IMG/VR virus record: IMGVR_UViG_3300008262_000047
Strand: one strand, 5' to 3'
Length of the DNA: 64,000 bases
From: a virus
Positions 39,015-49,509 of this stretch are shown piece after piece. Position 1 is the first letter of the stretch. Each line of letters begins with the position of its first letter. The notes below the pieces were generated by a model. The model saw only the letters and a list, made by a program, of their open reading frames with translations, searched no databases and was not told where the DNA came from. The position numbers were made by a program, and so were the translations under genes.

Positions 39015-41971
39015 TAGATAGACGTTTAATTATCAATGAAATACAACGACAGTTTCCGAAAGATAATGATAATAGTATTGAATCATTATTGCGTATTTCA
39101 CCCACCTTACGTGGATTAATTGAATCAGAAGAAGGCGCCGAAACTTTCACAACAACATTTGGGACATTTTCTCTCCCCCAATTTCTAACTCCTTCCATTA
39201 TTAATCAGATTGTTCGTGAAATTGCGGAAGCACGAAATGTTGATGGCACCTCAATTAACAGTGTTAATGCATTGTCAGCGTTAACTGAAGTTTTGCAGAT
39301 TGCTCAATCTCAAAATCCATTCACAGTAACACCTGATGACATTTACGCTGCGTCACAATATGAAAATTATGAAGATATCCCATTACAAGAAAATACATTA
39401 TTAACGACATTTGATGGTGATGTATTCATTGACCCAACAACAGGAGCATTGGCATTAGCACCCACTCCTAATTCTCGTATTCTTGCACCAGAAAAAAGTC
39501 CCGAAGGACACATTGGACCATTAACTCCTGAAGATGTTGAAATTTTTGCTTTGTTGCTCGAAGATGAAATTCGTCAAGAACGTGTGGCACAAGGATCACC
39601 TCATGGGTTAGATGTCATTGATGAAAATGAAAAAATGGGTTTATATGGATTGACGGTTCCTGATTTAGTCTCAATTGGTGTCGTAAGTCAAGGAGCCATT
39701 GATGATTGGAACTCCATCCCTGAAAATGCACGTGAAGATTATGCCAAACAAGCTGTATTGGCAGGCGTCATCTCATTGGCATTTTACAATAACATCCCAT
39801 ATATTCTACGAACATCATTAAGTTGGTATGTCATGGCGAATGCTCGCTTTTGGCTTGAAAGACTTATTGGTCCTAAAAACTTCATGACGTTACAAAGAAT
39901 ACAGCGTTTGTTAATGTATCGTCATGTATTGCGTCAGTGGAAAACAACGTTTGCATATTTTGTTAAAAATCTCATCACACGCAAATCACAGATATTAGGA
40001 CATTTATTGGCGGCACGATTAGTGGGTGAACGTGCTGCACGTGCATTTGGATTAGGTGGGCAATTCGCCTCGGTGATTGGAAGAACAGCGGAAGAAATTT
40101 ATAATCGAGGTGTGAAGGCAGTAGAAAGTGGTATACGAAATCCTACGTCAGCAGCTCAAATTGACCAAGCGGCTCGTACAGTACCAACACCACCCACACC
40201 TCGTCCAACAACATCTCGCAAATATAGATTCTTCCCTAACATCCTGCAGCAAAACACGAATGAACCTTTACGCCGAGTCCCAGATAATCAAGGATTCTAT
40301 GACCCCAATCGTGTATATCCGCGTGTCACACATATAGGTGAACCTGATACAAATCGGTTGGCACGTAATCATAAAATTAAGGACACGATTGTACAAACAA
40401 AGGATGAAGAACGCATACTTGATGTTCCTGTTGCACGAAAATCATCTCCCACCAAATGGAGTCAACCCAAGTCCCCATATAACACAAAATATCCTTACAA
40501 CCATGTGTATGAGTCTGAATCTGGACACGTAATTGAATATGATGACACACCAAACAATGAACGTATGCATTGGTATCACCGTGAAGGCACCTTCATGGAA
40601 ATTGATAGAAATGGTACTATGGTGCGTAAAATTGTGGGTGATGGTTATGAAATATGGGAACGAGATGGGTATGTATACATTGGGGGCAAGTGCAATGTAA
40701 CCGTAGAAGGTAATTGTAATCTGTATGTGAAGAACAATGTGAATCTTCAAGTTGACGGAAATCTTACTGCCGATGTTCACAAGACAGTGACTTTCAATGT
40801 TGCCAAAGATTTCAATGTTACAGCAGGCGGCACAATTAATTTGAAGGCCAAGAAAAATGTCAACGTGGAGTCAGGTGCCACTATTAATGCCAAGGCGAAA
40901 AACAACTTTAATGCGTCAGGCAAAAATGTCAACATCCAAGCTCAGGCAGTAATGAAACTGTCAGGTAAGTTGAAGGCTTCATTGGCAGCACCACAGGGAC
41001 AAGCATTATTACTATCAGGTGCGGGTACGGTTGTTGTGAACGGTACAGGATTGGCATTGCTACCATTGCCAGGTGCCGCTGCGGCAACTTTGGCTAAATC
41101 GAATGAAGCATCTACCGCAGGATCTGCTGATATTGGTGATCCTCCAGGTGAACGTAATCCCCGCGAGCCTCAACTTGTACCTTTGACATTGGAAGATAGA
41201 GTTGATGAGTGGGCGTCATCATTGTCTACATTGGCGGAAAATCCTGAAGATAATCGGGACGCCATTAATGCCTTGAAGAAGAAAGGCGTTGATGAAGGAT
41301 TAGTCACAAATGAAGATTTGAATCGCCCATTGGCAGAAGGAACAAGAGATGAAACACCACCTCCGGCAGCGAGACCGGCGGCAGTTGCCTCATGTCAGCT
41401 CATCTATTCACAATCTTCATTCCCAAGTTCATATAGTTTAACTCCGAATGTTACATTAGGATCCCTGCCCGGATATAATGTACTTCGCGGACAATATGGA
41501 TTAACTGTACAGGACATGGTGTGTAATTTACGTCAATTGGCAGTAAATGTCATAGAACCCATGTTTGAATTAGTTGGGAAGGGTAACATCATCATCACCT
41601 CGGTGTTTAGAACTCCTGAATCTGTAACTGGATCCTTGAATCCACCCCGAGGCGTATCATTCCATCAACAAGGTCTGGGTATTGATGTATGCTTCCATAG
41701 AAAAAACTTCTCAGAATACTATAACATTGCTGTCCAATTGAAAAACTCCATTCAGTACGATAAACTACTTCTTGAATATCGTTTAGGAAATGTTCGTGGG
41801 GTGTCATCATATAAACCTTGGATTCACATACAATGGCAACAACAGGGTATTAATTTAGCGAATGGGAACAAGGGAGGACAGGCTAGATTACAAGCATTTA
41901 CTCTCAAAAATGATAGAACATATTCTCAGACACTTGTTAACCTATTACCAGACTCCACATTAAGATATTAA
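39011..41971 (+). CDS. gp5 C-terminal part: beta-helix spike plus C-terminal M15-like Zn peptidase
   Basis: YPYNHVYESESGHVIEYDDTP, VxG repeats, ITSVFR...SFHQQGLGID...WIHI. Confidence 0.8.
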   Translation: MIDRRLIINEIQRQFPKDNDNSIESLLRISPTLRGLIESEEGAETFTTTFGTFSLPQFLTPSIINQIVREIAEARNVDGTSINSVNALSALTEVLQIAQSQNPFTVTPDDIYAASQYENYEDIPLQENTLLTTFDGDVFIDPTTGALALAPTPNSRILAPEKSPEGHIGPLTPEDVEIFALLLEDEIRQERVAQGSPHGLDVIDENEKMGLYGLTVPDLVSIGVVSQGAIDDWNSIPENAREDYAKQAVLAGVISLAFYNNIPYILRTSLSWYVMANARFWLERLIGPKNFMTLQRIQRLLMYRHVLRQWKTTFAYFVKNLITRKSQILGHLLAARLVGERAARAFGLGGQFASVIGRTAEEIYNRGVKAVESGIRNPTSAAQIDQAARTVPTPPTPRPTTSRKYRFFPNILQQNTNEPLRRVPDNQGFYDPNRVYPRVTHIGEPDTNRLARNHKIKDTIVQTKDEERILDVPVARKSSPTKWSQPKSPYNTKYPYNHVYESESGHVIEYDDTPNNERMHWYHREGTFMEIDRNGTMVRKIVGDGYEIWERDGYVYIGGKCNVTVEGNCNLYVKNNVNLQVDGNLTADVHKTVTFNVAKDFNVTAGGTINLKAKKNVNVESGATINAKAKNNFNASGKNVNIQAQAVMKLSGKLKASLAAPQGQALLLSGAGTVVVNGTGLALLPLPGAAAATLAKSNEASTAGSADIGDPPGERNPREPQLVPLTLEDRVDEWASSLSTLAENPEDNRDAINALKKKGVDEGLVTNEDLNRPLAEGTRDETPPPAARPAAVASCQLIYSQSSFPSSYSLTPNVTLGSLPGYNVLRGQYGLTVQDMVCNLRQLAVNVIEPMFELVGKGNIIITSVFRTPESVTGSLNPPRGVSFHQQGLGIDVCFHRKNFSEYYNIAVQLKNSIQYDKLLLEYRLGNVRGVSSYKPWIHIQWQQQGINLANGNKGGQARLQAFTLKNDRTYSQTLVNLLPDSTLRY

Positions 41972-41977
41972 ATTTAA

Positions 41978-41985
41978 TATAAATA
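41978..41985 (+). promoter_or_regulatory. T4-type late promoter
   Basis: TATAAATA. Confidence 0.7.
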
Positions 41986-41990
41986 ATGTC

Positions 41991-42380
41991 ATGACCATAC
42001 CTAATAGAATTTACCAAGATTTAGACTTAACATTTAGCGTTACTGCAACAAAAGATGTTGCAAAACGTTTGGATGTTAATGCTGTCAAACAATCCATAAA
42101 AAATCTCTTGTTTATTCGGAAGGGAGAAAAGTTATTTCGTCCTGAAATTGGTTCAGATTTGCAAAGAATTTTGTTTGAACCTATGGATTTTTTAACTGTA
42201 GACTTACTTCGTGACGTTATTAGTGAAACGATACAGAAATTTGAACCGCGTGTTCGCATAGAAAATATTGAGATTATTCCTGACTATGACACCAATTCAT
42301 ATGATTTAACATTGTATTTTTATGTGATTGGCATCTACACACCTGTTACATTTAATCTAACCTTACAGAGACTTCGCTAA
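41991..42380 (+). CDS. gp25: Baseplate wedge gp25
   Basis: YQDLDLTF, AVKQSIKNL, GEKLFRPEIG, FEPRV. Confidence 0.92.
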   Translation: MTIPNRIYQDLDLTFSVTATKDVAKRLDVNAVKQSIKNLLFIRKGEKLFRPEIGSDLQRILFEPMDFLTVDLLRDVISETIQKFEPRVRIENIEIIPDYDTNSYDLTLYFYVIGIYTPVTFNLTLQRLR

Positions 42381-44251
42381 TGGCCGAACTAAGAGTCACG
42401 GAACTAGAATTTCAACAAATCAAAGAGAATTTAATTCGTTATTTAGGTGCATCTGAACAGTTCTCAGATTACAATTTCGAAGGTTCAGGTATCAGTAATT
42501 TATTGGATGTGTTGGCATATAACACACATTACAATGCCATATTGGCACATCTACAAGCTAATGAAATGTTTATTGATACGGCTGTCAAGCGTTCATCTGT
42601 TGTATCTATTGCAAAAACACTAGGATACACACCCAGAAGTGTTATCTCCCCTAAGGCGAGAGTTAATGTCACAGTGGCAAGTGCTCAGGCAGGACCTTTA
42701 TCACTACCTGCAAATACAAAATTTTCAGCATCAGTTGATGGACAAAGTTTTACATTCGTATCATTAGTTGAGCATATTGCAACAAAAGTTGCCGGATCAT
42801 TCACATTTAGTAATGTTGATATTGTTGAAGGTGTTGTCATCTCACAACAACAAACAGTCACATCTGACATTGTGACAGGTCCCATCACTATTAAAAATAG
42901 TAACATTGATTTGTCCACATTGGCCGTCACTGTTCAAAATAGTCAAGCAGATTTAACAACAACAGCATGGAAACGTTCAGAAACCGTTATTGATATTACA
43001 AGTAGTGATACGGTGTATTGGGTGGAAGAAGGTCAAGATGGATATTATAAGTTGTTTTTTGGTGACAACATCATAGGTAAAAGTTTGACATCAGGAAACA
43101 TTGTTAACATTCAATATGTGGCATCGTTGGGTGATAGTGCAAATGGTGCACAAACCTTCTCAATTCAAACAACACTAGGCGGCGGATCTCCAATCACAAC
43201 GTTAGTGCATGCTGCTTCAGGTGGTTCTGACAGAGAAAACATTGATAGTATTCGTTTTAACGCACCTCGGTATAATGCCACACGCGGCAGAGCTGTTACT
43301 GTTGAAGATTACAAGTCATTAATTTTAGCAAACTTTGATAAAGCAAAATCTGTTGCCGTTTGGGGCGGTGAACAAAATGTTCCTCCCATTTATGGCAAAG
43401 TATTCATGTCAATTGATCCTAAAGAAGATTACATCATCACTGAATCTGACAAAGACAACATCATTAACAGTGTAATTCGTCCTCGTAGTGTATTGTCATT
43501 ACAGCATGAATTTGTTGATCCTACATATCTTCATGTTGGAATGGATGTGAAAGTTTCGTATAATCCTAAAATTACACCATACACATCCAATCAAATTTCA
43601 AGTTTAGTGGCAGGGGAAATTCGTCGCTACTTTTCTAATGAATTGTCAACATTGGATAAGAAATTCTATTATGGTCAATTGATTAATAGAATACAAACTT
43701 CACAGCGTTCCATCTTAGGAACATTGGTGGATTTACGCTTGCAACGTAGACTTGTTCCCATTTTAAATGTCCCTGAATCATTGAATGTGTATTTCACAAC
43801 AGCCATTGAACCCAACTCGTTTAAGAGTACAAATTTCAAGACCACAATTCAAGGTGTTCAATACACCGCCTATATTCAAGATTATCCAGATGAAACTCCG
43901 CCTTCACGTACAGGAACGGGCACGTTAAAACTTCTGGATGCATCAACCAATAGAATCATTGATAACAACTACGGTAAAATTTACTATAGTGATTCAGGGT
44001 TATTTGTTATCAACCGTTTATTGGTTACACAATTAATTGCAGGCGCATTTGATGTCCGTTTTTCTGCGTTACCACAAGATTTAAATAAAGATTTAGCACC
44101 CACCATTGTAAGAACTACTCCTATTGTGGAACGTGCTGTTTATCCCTATCCTTCACAAAACATTGTGGTTGTGTTAGATGATAGTCAACAAAATAAAGCC
44201 CTAGGAACATTGTCTGGTTTAACCGTTACAGCACAACCATTTGAAGGATAA
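42380..44251 (+). CDS. gp6: Baseplate wedge gp6
   Basis: DYNFEGS, LAYNTHY, LGYTPRS, RAVTVEDY, WGGE. Confidence 0.93.
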   Translation: MAELRVTELEFQQIKENLIRYLGASEQFSDYNFEGSGISNLLDVLAYNTHYNAILAHLQANEMFIDTAVKRSSVVSIAKTLGYTPRSVISPKARVNVTVASAQAGPLSLPANTKFSASVDGQSFTFVSLVEHIATKVAGSFTFSNVDIVEGVVISQQQTVTSDIVTGPITIKNSNIDLSTLAVTVQNSQADLTTTAWKRSETVIDITSSDTVYWVEEGQDGYYKLFFGDNIIGKSLTSGNIVNIQYVASLGDSANGAQTFSIQTTLGGGSPITTLVHAASGGSDRENIDSIRFNAPRYNATRGRAVTVEDYKSLILANFDKAKSVAVWGGEQNVPPIYGKVFMSIDPKEDYIITESDKDNIINSVIRPRSVLSLQHEFVDPTYLHVGMDVKVSYNPKITPYTSNQISSLVAGEIRRYFSNELSTLDKKFYYGQLINRIQTSQRSILGTLVDLRLQRRLVPILNVPESLNVYFTTAIEPNSFKSTNFKTTIQGVQYTAYIQDYPDETPPSRTGTGTLKLLDASTNRIIDNNYGKIYYSDSGLFVINRLLVTQLIAGAFDVRFSALPQDLNKDLAPTIVRTTPIVERAVYPYPSQNIVVVLDDSQQNKALGTLSGLTVTAQPFEG

Positions 44252-46851
44252 TGTCAAACTTAAAGAACAAGTTACAGCATTTAGTTGAAGGACAGATACC
44301 TGAATATCTTCGCGTATCATATCCTAGATTTGCTTCGTTCATTAAAGAGTACTATACATTTCTTGACACCAATCGTCAAGCCAATGCAGTACTTCTTAAT
44401 TCTAACACTTGGACAGACGTTGATTTAACATTAGATTTATTTGTGGATGAAATGCGTAAGCAACATGCTTATGATATTTCCTCAGAAGCCTTAACTGAAC
44501 AGCGTCGTTTAATTAAGTTTATCAATCAATATTACGAAGCAAAGGGAACAGAAAACGCTGCGGAATTGTATTTCCGCATGATGTATAATGATACCGCAAC
44601 TATAAAATATCCCGGTGATTATGTTCTACGTGCTTCTGATGGCGTTTGGCAGTCGAAAAAAACACTGAAGATTGATACTGATTTCACACAAATTGATCCT
44701 GCCTCATTAGATTTAGCGCCCGCTGATTTACGTGAAGTCGCTGATGATGTATTTTCTCTGAAAGAAAAAACAATATATTTAAAGTATCATCGTCGTGAAC
44801 CTACCGGATTGAAACTATACTCACATGAATTGGGGTGTGTTGAGGTTGGTCGTATCATTACAAACAATGATATTTTTGAACTAGAAGTTGACGTTCCTAA
44901 AACCATTAACGTAAAAGATTTCAATGAAGCTTTAGCAACCTTATCATATTATGATACGGTATGGGTTACAGCATTTGTTAATGGTGTTGAATATGTGTAT
45001 GGTTTTTTGACACAGCAACTTATAGGATACACCATTCTTTCCGGCGGTGAAAATTTCCGCCGCCGTGATACCTTCACAGTAGAAGTGGAAGAAAGTCCGT
45101 TATATCCTATCCCAGGACAAGAAAATAACAATGGCATCATTCGTGTAACAAGTGTAACCAAAAAAGATGTTGAAGAATATTTTGCGTCTGATTATGTTTC
45201 AATAGGTTCAGAGTATGCTGCTAGTGATACTGAAGGTGTCATTAATAACTTTCGTTTCATTTCTACCGGACATCGCTTTGATGTCACGGGTGATTACTTT
45301 GCAGAATTATATAATGAAGATGACGATTACACAACATATAAAGATTTCACCCGCGTATTAGAAAATCCCAGAAAAAGTAGATTCTCTACATTAGTAACAG
45401 GTGATTATTTTGAAGAACGCGAAGGTGTTACATCATACATGGAATTCAATGATGACCGAGGTTATACTGATTTCAATGAAACAATATATAATCTCAGTTC
45501 TGCCACAGTACGATTCGAAGTAGGATACATTTACGAACATCCCGGTGCATGGAAAAATAATGCTGGCTTCTTGTCAGATATCAATAAATTACAAGACAAC
45601 TATTATTATCAGGCATATTCCTATGTGGTACAAACTAAAAATGTACCATATGAAACTTGGAACACCTTATATAAAAATAGTGCCCATCCTGCAGGGTTCA
45701 TTGTGTTTGGTGAATTACTTGTTGAAAATGACATTACATTTACACCGATAGATATTACAAGTACACAATACATTATCAACAATTTTGATGATGGTGTTCA
45801 ACCAGTTGATACTGTTGCAAAACATGTTGCAAAACCTGTTACTGATACTTTCTCTGTAAGTGAAAATTCCATATACAATTTCAATAAGTCGTTGACTGAT
45901 ACGGCGGTTGTAGATGACGTATCAGGATTGGAGTTAAATATTCAACCAGTCTTTAGTGATATTGTAGTATCGTCTGATATCCTTGCGAAAGACATTAACA
46001 TTGCCAATATTACTGATGGTGTTGTTACCTCAGAAACATTCTTTGCAGAAATTACTATTGAACGTTCATTGGAAGATACAATAATTACTAGTGATACAGT
46101 ATCCACAAAGAATGTTAGTAAATTAGTGGAAGACAATACCTCTAGCAGTGATATTCTTTCATACTCTCTTACGAAAACAAATATAACTGACTCAGTTAAT
46201 ACCTTAGATTCGGTTGAAAAAAATATCAGTATACAAATTGATGGTAATACGTATAATATAGAAAATTTCTTTGAAGAAGAATATGTAAGTGATAACGTGG
46301 TTACTGTGTCGGATGAGTTTTTACTTACCCGTACATATTTCTATACCGATACAGTTACAGTAGATGATACACCTTCTGTAAATTTACAACTTAATAAAAC
46401 AGAAGATGTTGAGACAACTGATACTGTGGATACTATTTTCATCGAAAAAAATATTGCCGATTCTGTTATTGTCAGTGATATAAAAAATATTGTCTTTTCA
46501 CAAGAAGATGATGTAACAAGTGATTTGACTGAACAAGTGTCTATAACTGATAGCATAGAAATTTTCAGAGCATATTCTACAGATGAAACGGTAAATATCA
46601 ATGACTCAAATGTTCTTCTTGTTGGAAAAAATGTTTCAGATAGTGTATCTTCATCAGAAACTATAAACACGTTTGATGTCGATAAAAACATTATTGATAC
46701 TGTGTTAACAGGTGAAATTGTAATTCGTGATTTCGAAAAGTTTTTCAATAACACAACATCATTGTCTGATTTGATTTGTATCGCCCTAGACGATTATATT
46801 GCAACAGGGTATGTTGATATAGGATATGCAGGAACGGTCAACTGTACTTAA
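44251..46851 (+). CDS. Baseplate wedge gp7-like protein with acidic repeats
   Basis: YEAKGT, LRASDG, LQDNYYYQAYSY, HPAGF; D-x-V-x-x-x-D repeats. Confidence 0.7.
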   Translation: MSNLKNKLQHLVEGQIPEYLRVSYPRFASFIKEYYTFLDTNRQANAVLLNSNTWTDVDLTLDLFVDEMRKQHAYDISSEALTEQRRLIKFINQYYEAKGTENAAELYFRMMYNDTATIKYPGDYVLRASDGVWQSKKTLKIDTDFTQIDPASLDLAPADLREVADDVFSLKEKTIYLKYHRREPTGLKLYSHELGCVEVGRIITNNDIFELEVDVPKTINVKDFNEALATLSYYDTVWVTAFVNGVEYVYGFLTQQLIGYTILSGGENFRRRDTFTVEVEESPLYPIPGQENNNGIIRVTSVTKKDVEEYFASDYVSIGSEYAASDTEGVINNFRFISTGHRFDVTGDYFAELYNEDDDYTTYKDFTRVLENPRKSRFSTLVTGDYFEEREGVTSYMEFNDDRGYTDFNETIYNLSSATVRFEVGYIYEHPGAWKNNAGFLSDINKLQDNYYYQAYSYVVQTKNVPYETWNTLYKNSAHPAGFIVFGELLVENDITFTPIDITSTQYIINNFDDGVQPVDTVAKHVAKPVTDTFSVSENSIYNFNKSLTDTAVVDDVSGLELNIQPVFSDIVVSSDILAKDINIANITDGVVTSETFFAEITIERSLEDTIITSDTVSTKNVSKLVEDNTSSSDILSYSLTKTNITDSVNTLDSVEKNISIQIDGNTYNIENFFEEEYVSDNVVTVSDEFLLTRTYFYTDTVTVDDTPSVNLQLNKTEDVETTDTVDTIFIEKNIADSVIVSDIKNIVFSQEDDVTSDLTEQVSITDSIEIFRAYSTDETVNINDSNVLLVGKNVSDSVSSSETINTFDVDKNIIDTVLTGEIVIRDFEKFFNNTTSLSDLICIALDDYIATGYVDIGYAGTVNCT

Positions 46852-46856
46852 AGTAG

Positions 46857-46864
46857 TATAAATA
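46857..46864 (+). promoter_or_regulatory. T4-type late promoter
   Basis: TATAAATA. Confidence 0.7.
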
Positions 46865-46897
46865 CTAATAACAACTTTTACTTTTTAGGAGAAAGAA

Positions 46898-47344
46898 ATG
46901 CAAGAAAACATCAAGGCAACAGGTAAGTTGAACATTGTTCTTCGTGATGAAAATGGTAACATCAAAGAAGAACACACCCACGACAACTTAGTTGTAACAA
47001 CAGGTTTACAACACATTGCATCCCGTATGGCAGGCACATCACAAGGCGTCATGTCACACATGGAAGTGGGTACAGATAACACCGCAGCATCAGCCGGGCA
47101 AACTGGATTAATCGCAGGCGGTTTAACAGCTGGTCGTCAAGGTCTTGACTCATACACAGCCTCAGGTGCAACTGTAACTGCCGTTGCAACTTTTGCTGCA
47201 GGTGAAGGCACAGGCGCATTGACAGAAGCAGGCATCTTCAATGCTAGTTCATCAGGCACCATGTTGTGCCGTACAGTGTTCCCAGTAGTTAACAAGGGAT
47301 CATCTGATAGTATGTCAATCACTTGGACCATCACCATCTCATAA
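46898..47344 (+). CDS. Small virion structural protein
   Basis: NLVVTTG, TEAGIFNA, VVNK, ITWTIT; late promoter and AGGAG RBS. Confidence 0.7.
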   Translation: MQENIKATGKLNIVLRDENGNIKEEHTHDNLVVTTGLQHIASRMAGTSQGVMSHMEVGTDNTAASAGQTGLIAGGLTAGRQGLDSYTASGATVTAVATFAAGEGTGALTEAGIFNASSSGTMLCRTVFPVVNKGSSDSMSITWTITIS

Positions 47345-47361
47345 TTCAGTAAGTAAACAAT

Positions 47362-49503
47362 ATGGCTAACCTGATTCCTGCTCAAACCAGGCACGAAATT
47401 GCTCGGTCAATTTATCGTGACATCATTACAGGACATGACTTTTTCTATGTTTTCGCAGGAAAATCATTTGAAGAAGCCGATACTCCTGTAGATACCCGAC
47501 ACTACATTTCCGACGTACATAGAAATATGTTGTTGGCAAAACGTGTCGTACCTGGTCCTTATGATGTGGTTTATATGATTCGTCGTAAGGATTGGGAATC
47601 AGGGACCATATATGTTGAATATAGTGATTATGAAGAATTGGCATATGATGACGACGGTGTTTTTGTTGTAGAAGATTTTTATGTAATGACTGACGAATAT
47701 AATATTTACAAGTGTATTCGTGTCGGAAGAAACAGTCAAGGTGTTGCCATTGCCTCAACTATAAAACCAACATCAACAACTCCTGAGCCTGTGGTATTAA
47801 GTGATGGGTATTGTTGGAAGTTCATGTATGAAGTTCCTGTCATTGATAGAATTAAGTTTCTTACAACAGATTATATTCCTGTGCGAAATGTATCTGACGG
47901 TGTTAATTTCAATGTGAATGGTGTTATTGAAGAAGTTCGTATTGAGAGCCCAGGTGAAGGATATAATACACCATACCTAGTAATTAAGGGCGACGGATTA
48001 GTACCCACAACCATTACATTTAATGGTGGCACAGCTGTAGATTCCGCAAACGATACCATTGAATATCCGGGTCATAATTTTGCAACAGGTGATGCCGTAA
48101 CATATAATACAGGTGGCGGAACTTCCATCACAAATTTAACAAACAATACTGTTTACTATACTATATTCTATACCAATAAAGAAATTCGTTTAGCAGCATC
48201 GTTAGTTGATGCTGAAAATGGCGCATATATTAATATTGCGTCGGGTGTGGGATTGTCACACTCATTGACACCTGTAGGCACAACATCAAACGTGACAATT
48301 GACGGTGCGGGGAGTATCACTTCTGTTACTGTCACAAACTCAATGCGCGGATATACACATGCCCGTGCAATCATGTATGATGCTAAAACTACACCTGCTG
48401 ATTATAGCCCATCAATTTCTGGCTCAGAAAACTATTCAGGGACCATCTCCACTGATTCCACAACGCGATTGGTGTTGGGCACAGATACAGATTTCACAAA
48501 TGAATTGGAAGATGGGTGGACCATTGTAGATTCAGCGAACAATGTGATAGGTGTTGTATCTAATATCATCTCTTCCACTGAATTGGAATTGGTCACATTC
48601 CCAGAAGTTGAACTTGCCAACTCAACATATAGTGCATTTTCGGGTAATGGATTTCAGGGCATAGTTGTTTTAGGTGCTGAAACAGCAAGTGGTATCAATC
48701 AAGATGTGGTACTTGAAACAATTCATGGAGCCATTTATAAAGTTGATATCCTCGACGGCGGCGCTGGATATGATACAGCAACCGTTGAAGTTATTGGTGA
48801 TGGTACGGGTGCAGAATTGTATATTGATCCCGATGATGATATTGTAAATGGTGTAATTAAGAATGTTCAAATTTTAGATTACGGACAAAATTACAATTAT
48901 GCTCGCATTGTAATTAATGGATTGCCCACTGAAGTGGCATCTGTGCGAGCAAACGTAGGTCCTCAACGAGGGCATGGATTCAACATCGCCCAAGAATTGT
49001 TTGCTCATACATTGTGTATTAGTACAACAATCACCACAGAAAATGCCGATTTATTCCAAGGTAATGATTATCGTCAACTCGGAATTGTAAAGAATCTCAA
49101 GTTGTATAATGCAACACAAGATGTTGATATTGGGTATTTTCAAAAGGATACAGGAACAAGTTCGTTCATCGTCACCGTTCCTGAAGATGAATATAATGAA
49201 TATTCCATTGACGATGAAATTGAGTCATCAACAGGTGGTATATATAAAGTATTAACAAAGTTGTTTGATGCATCAACAGAAACGTATAAGGTCTATCTGG
49301 CATATGTTGAAGGAACAGAAGGACTCACAACAGAAAATACGTTCACGAACAACACAACAGAATTTGAAAACTTGACCTGTACAAATGTGGAAGACCCTGA
49401 ATTTGATAAAAATACAGGCACCATCATTTACGTGAACGATTTCTCTCCCATCACACGTACAGCAGAACAGATTGAAACTATTAAACTCTTTTTACACTTC
49501 TAG
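47362..49503 (+). CDS. gp8: Baseplate wedge gp8 with inserted domains
   Basis: RRKDWESG, FYVMTDEYNIYKC, DGYCWKFMY, YRQLGIVKN, EQIETIK. Confidence 0.85.
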   Translation: MANLIPAQTRHEIARSIYRDIITGHDFFYVFAGKSFEEADTPVDTRHYISDVHRNMLLAKRVVPGPYDVVYMIRRKDWESGTIYVEYSDYEELAYDDDGVFVVEDFYVMTDEYNIYKCIRVGRNSQGVAIASTIKPTSTTPEPVVLSDGYCWKFMYEVPVIDRIKFLTTDYIPVRNVSDGVNFNVNGVIEEVRIESPGEGYNTPYLVIKGDGLVPTTITFNGGTAVDSANDTIEYPGHNFATGDAVTYNTGGGTSITNLTNNTVYYTIFYTNKEIRLAASLVDAENGAYINIASGVGLSHSLTPVGTTSNVTIDGAGSITSVTVTNSMRGYTHARAIMYDAKTTPADYSPSISGSENYSGTISTDSTTRLVLGTDTDFTNELEDGWTIVDSANNVIGVVSNIISSTELELVTFPEVELANSTYSAFSGNGFQGIVVLGAETASGINQDVVLETIHGAIYKVDILDGGAGYDTATVEVIGDGTGAELYIDPDDDIVNGVIKNVQILDYGQNYNYARIVINGLPTEVASVRANVGPQRGHGFNIAQELFAHTLCISTTITTENADLFQGNDYRQLGIVKNLKLYNATQDVDIGYFQKDTGTSSFIVTVPEDEYNEYSIDDEIESSTGGIYKVLTKLFDASTETYKVYLAYVEGTEGLTTENTFTNNTTEFENLTCTNVEDPEFDKNTGTIIYVNDFSPITRTAEQIETIKLFLHF

Positions 49504-49509
49504 GTACAT

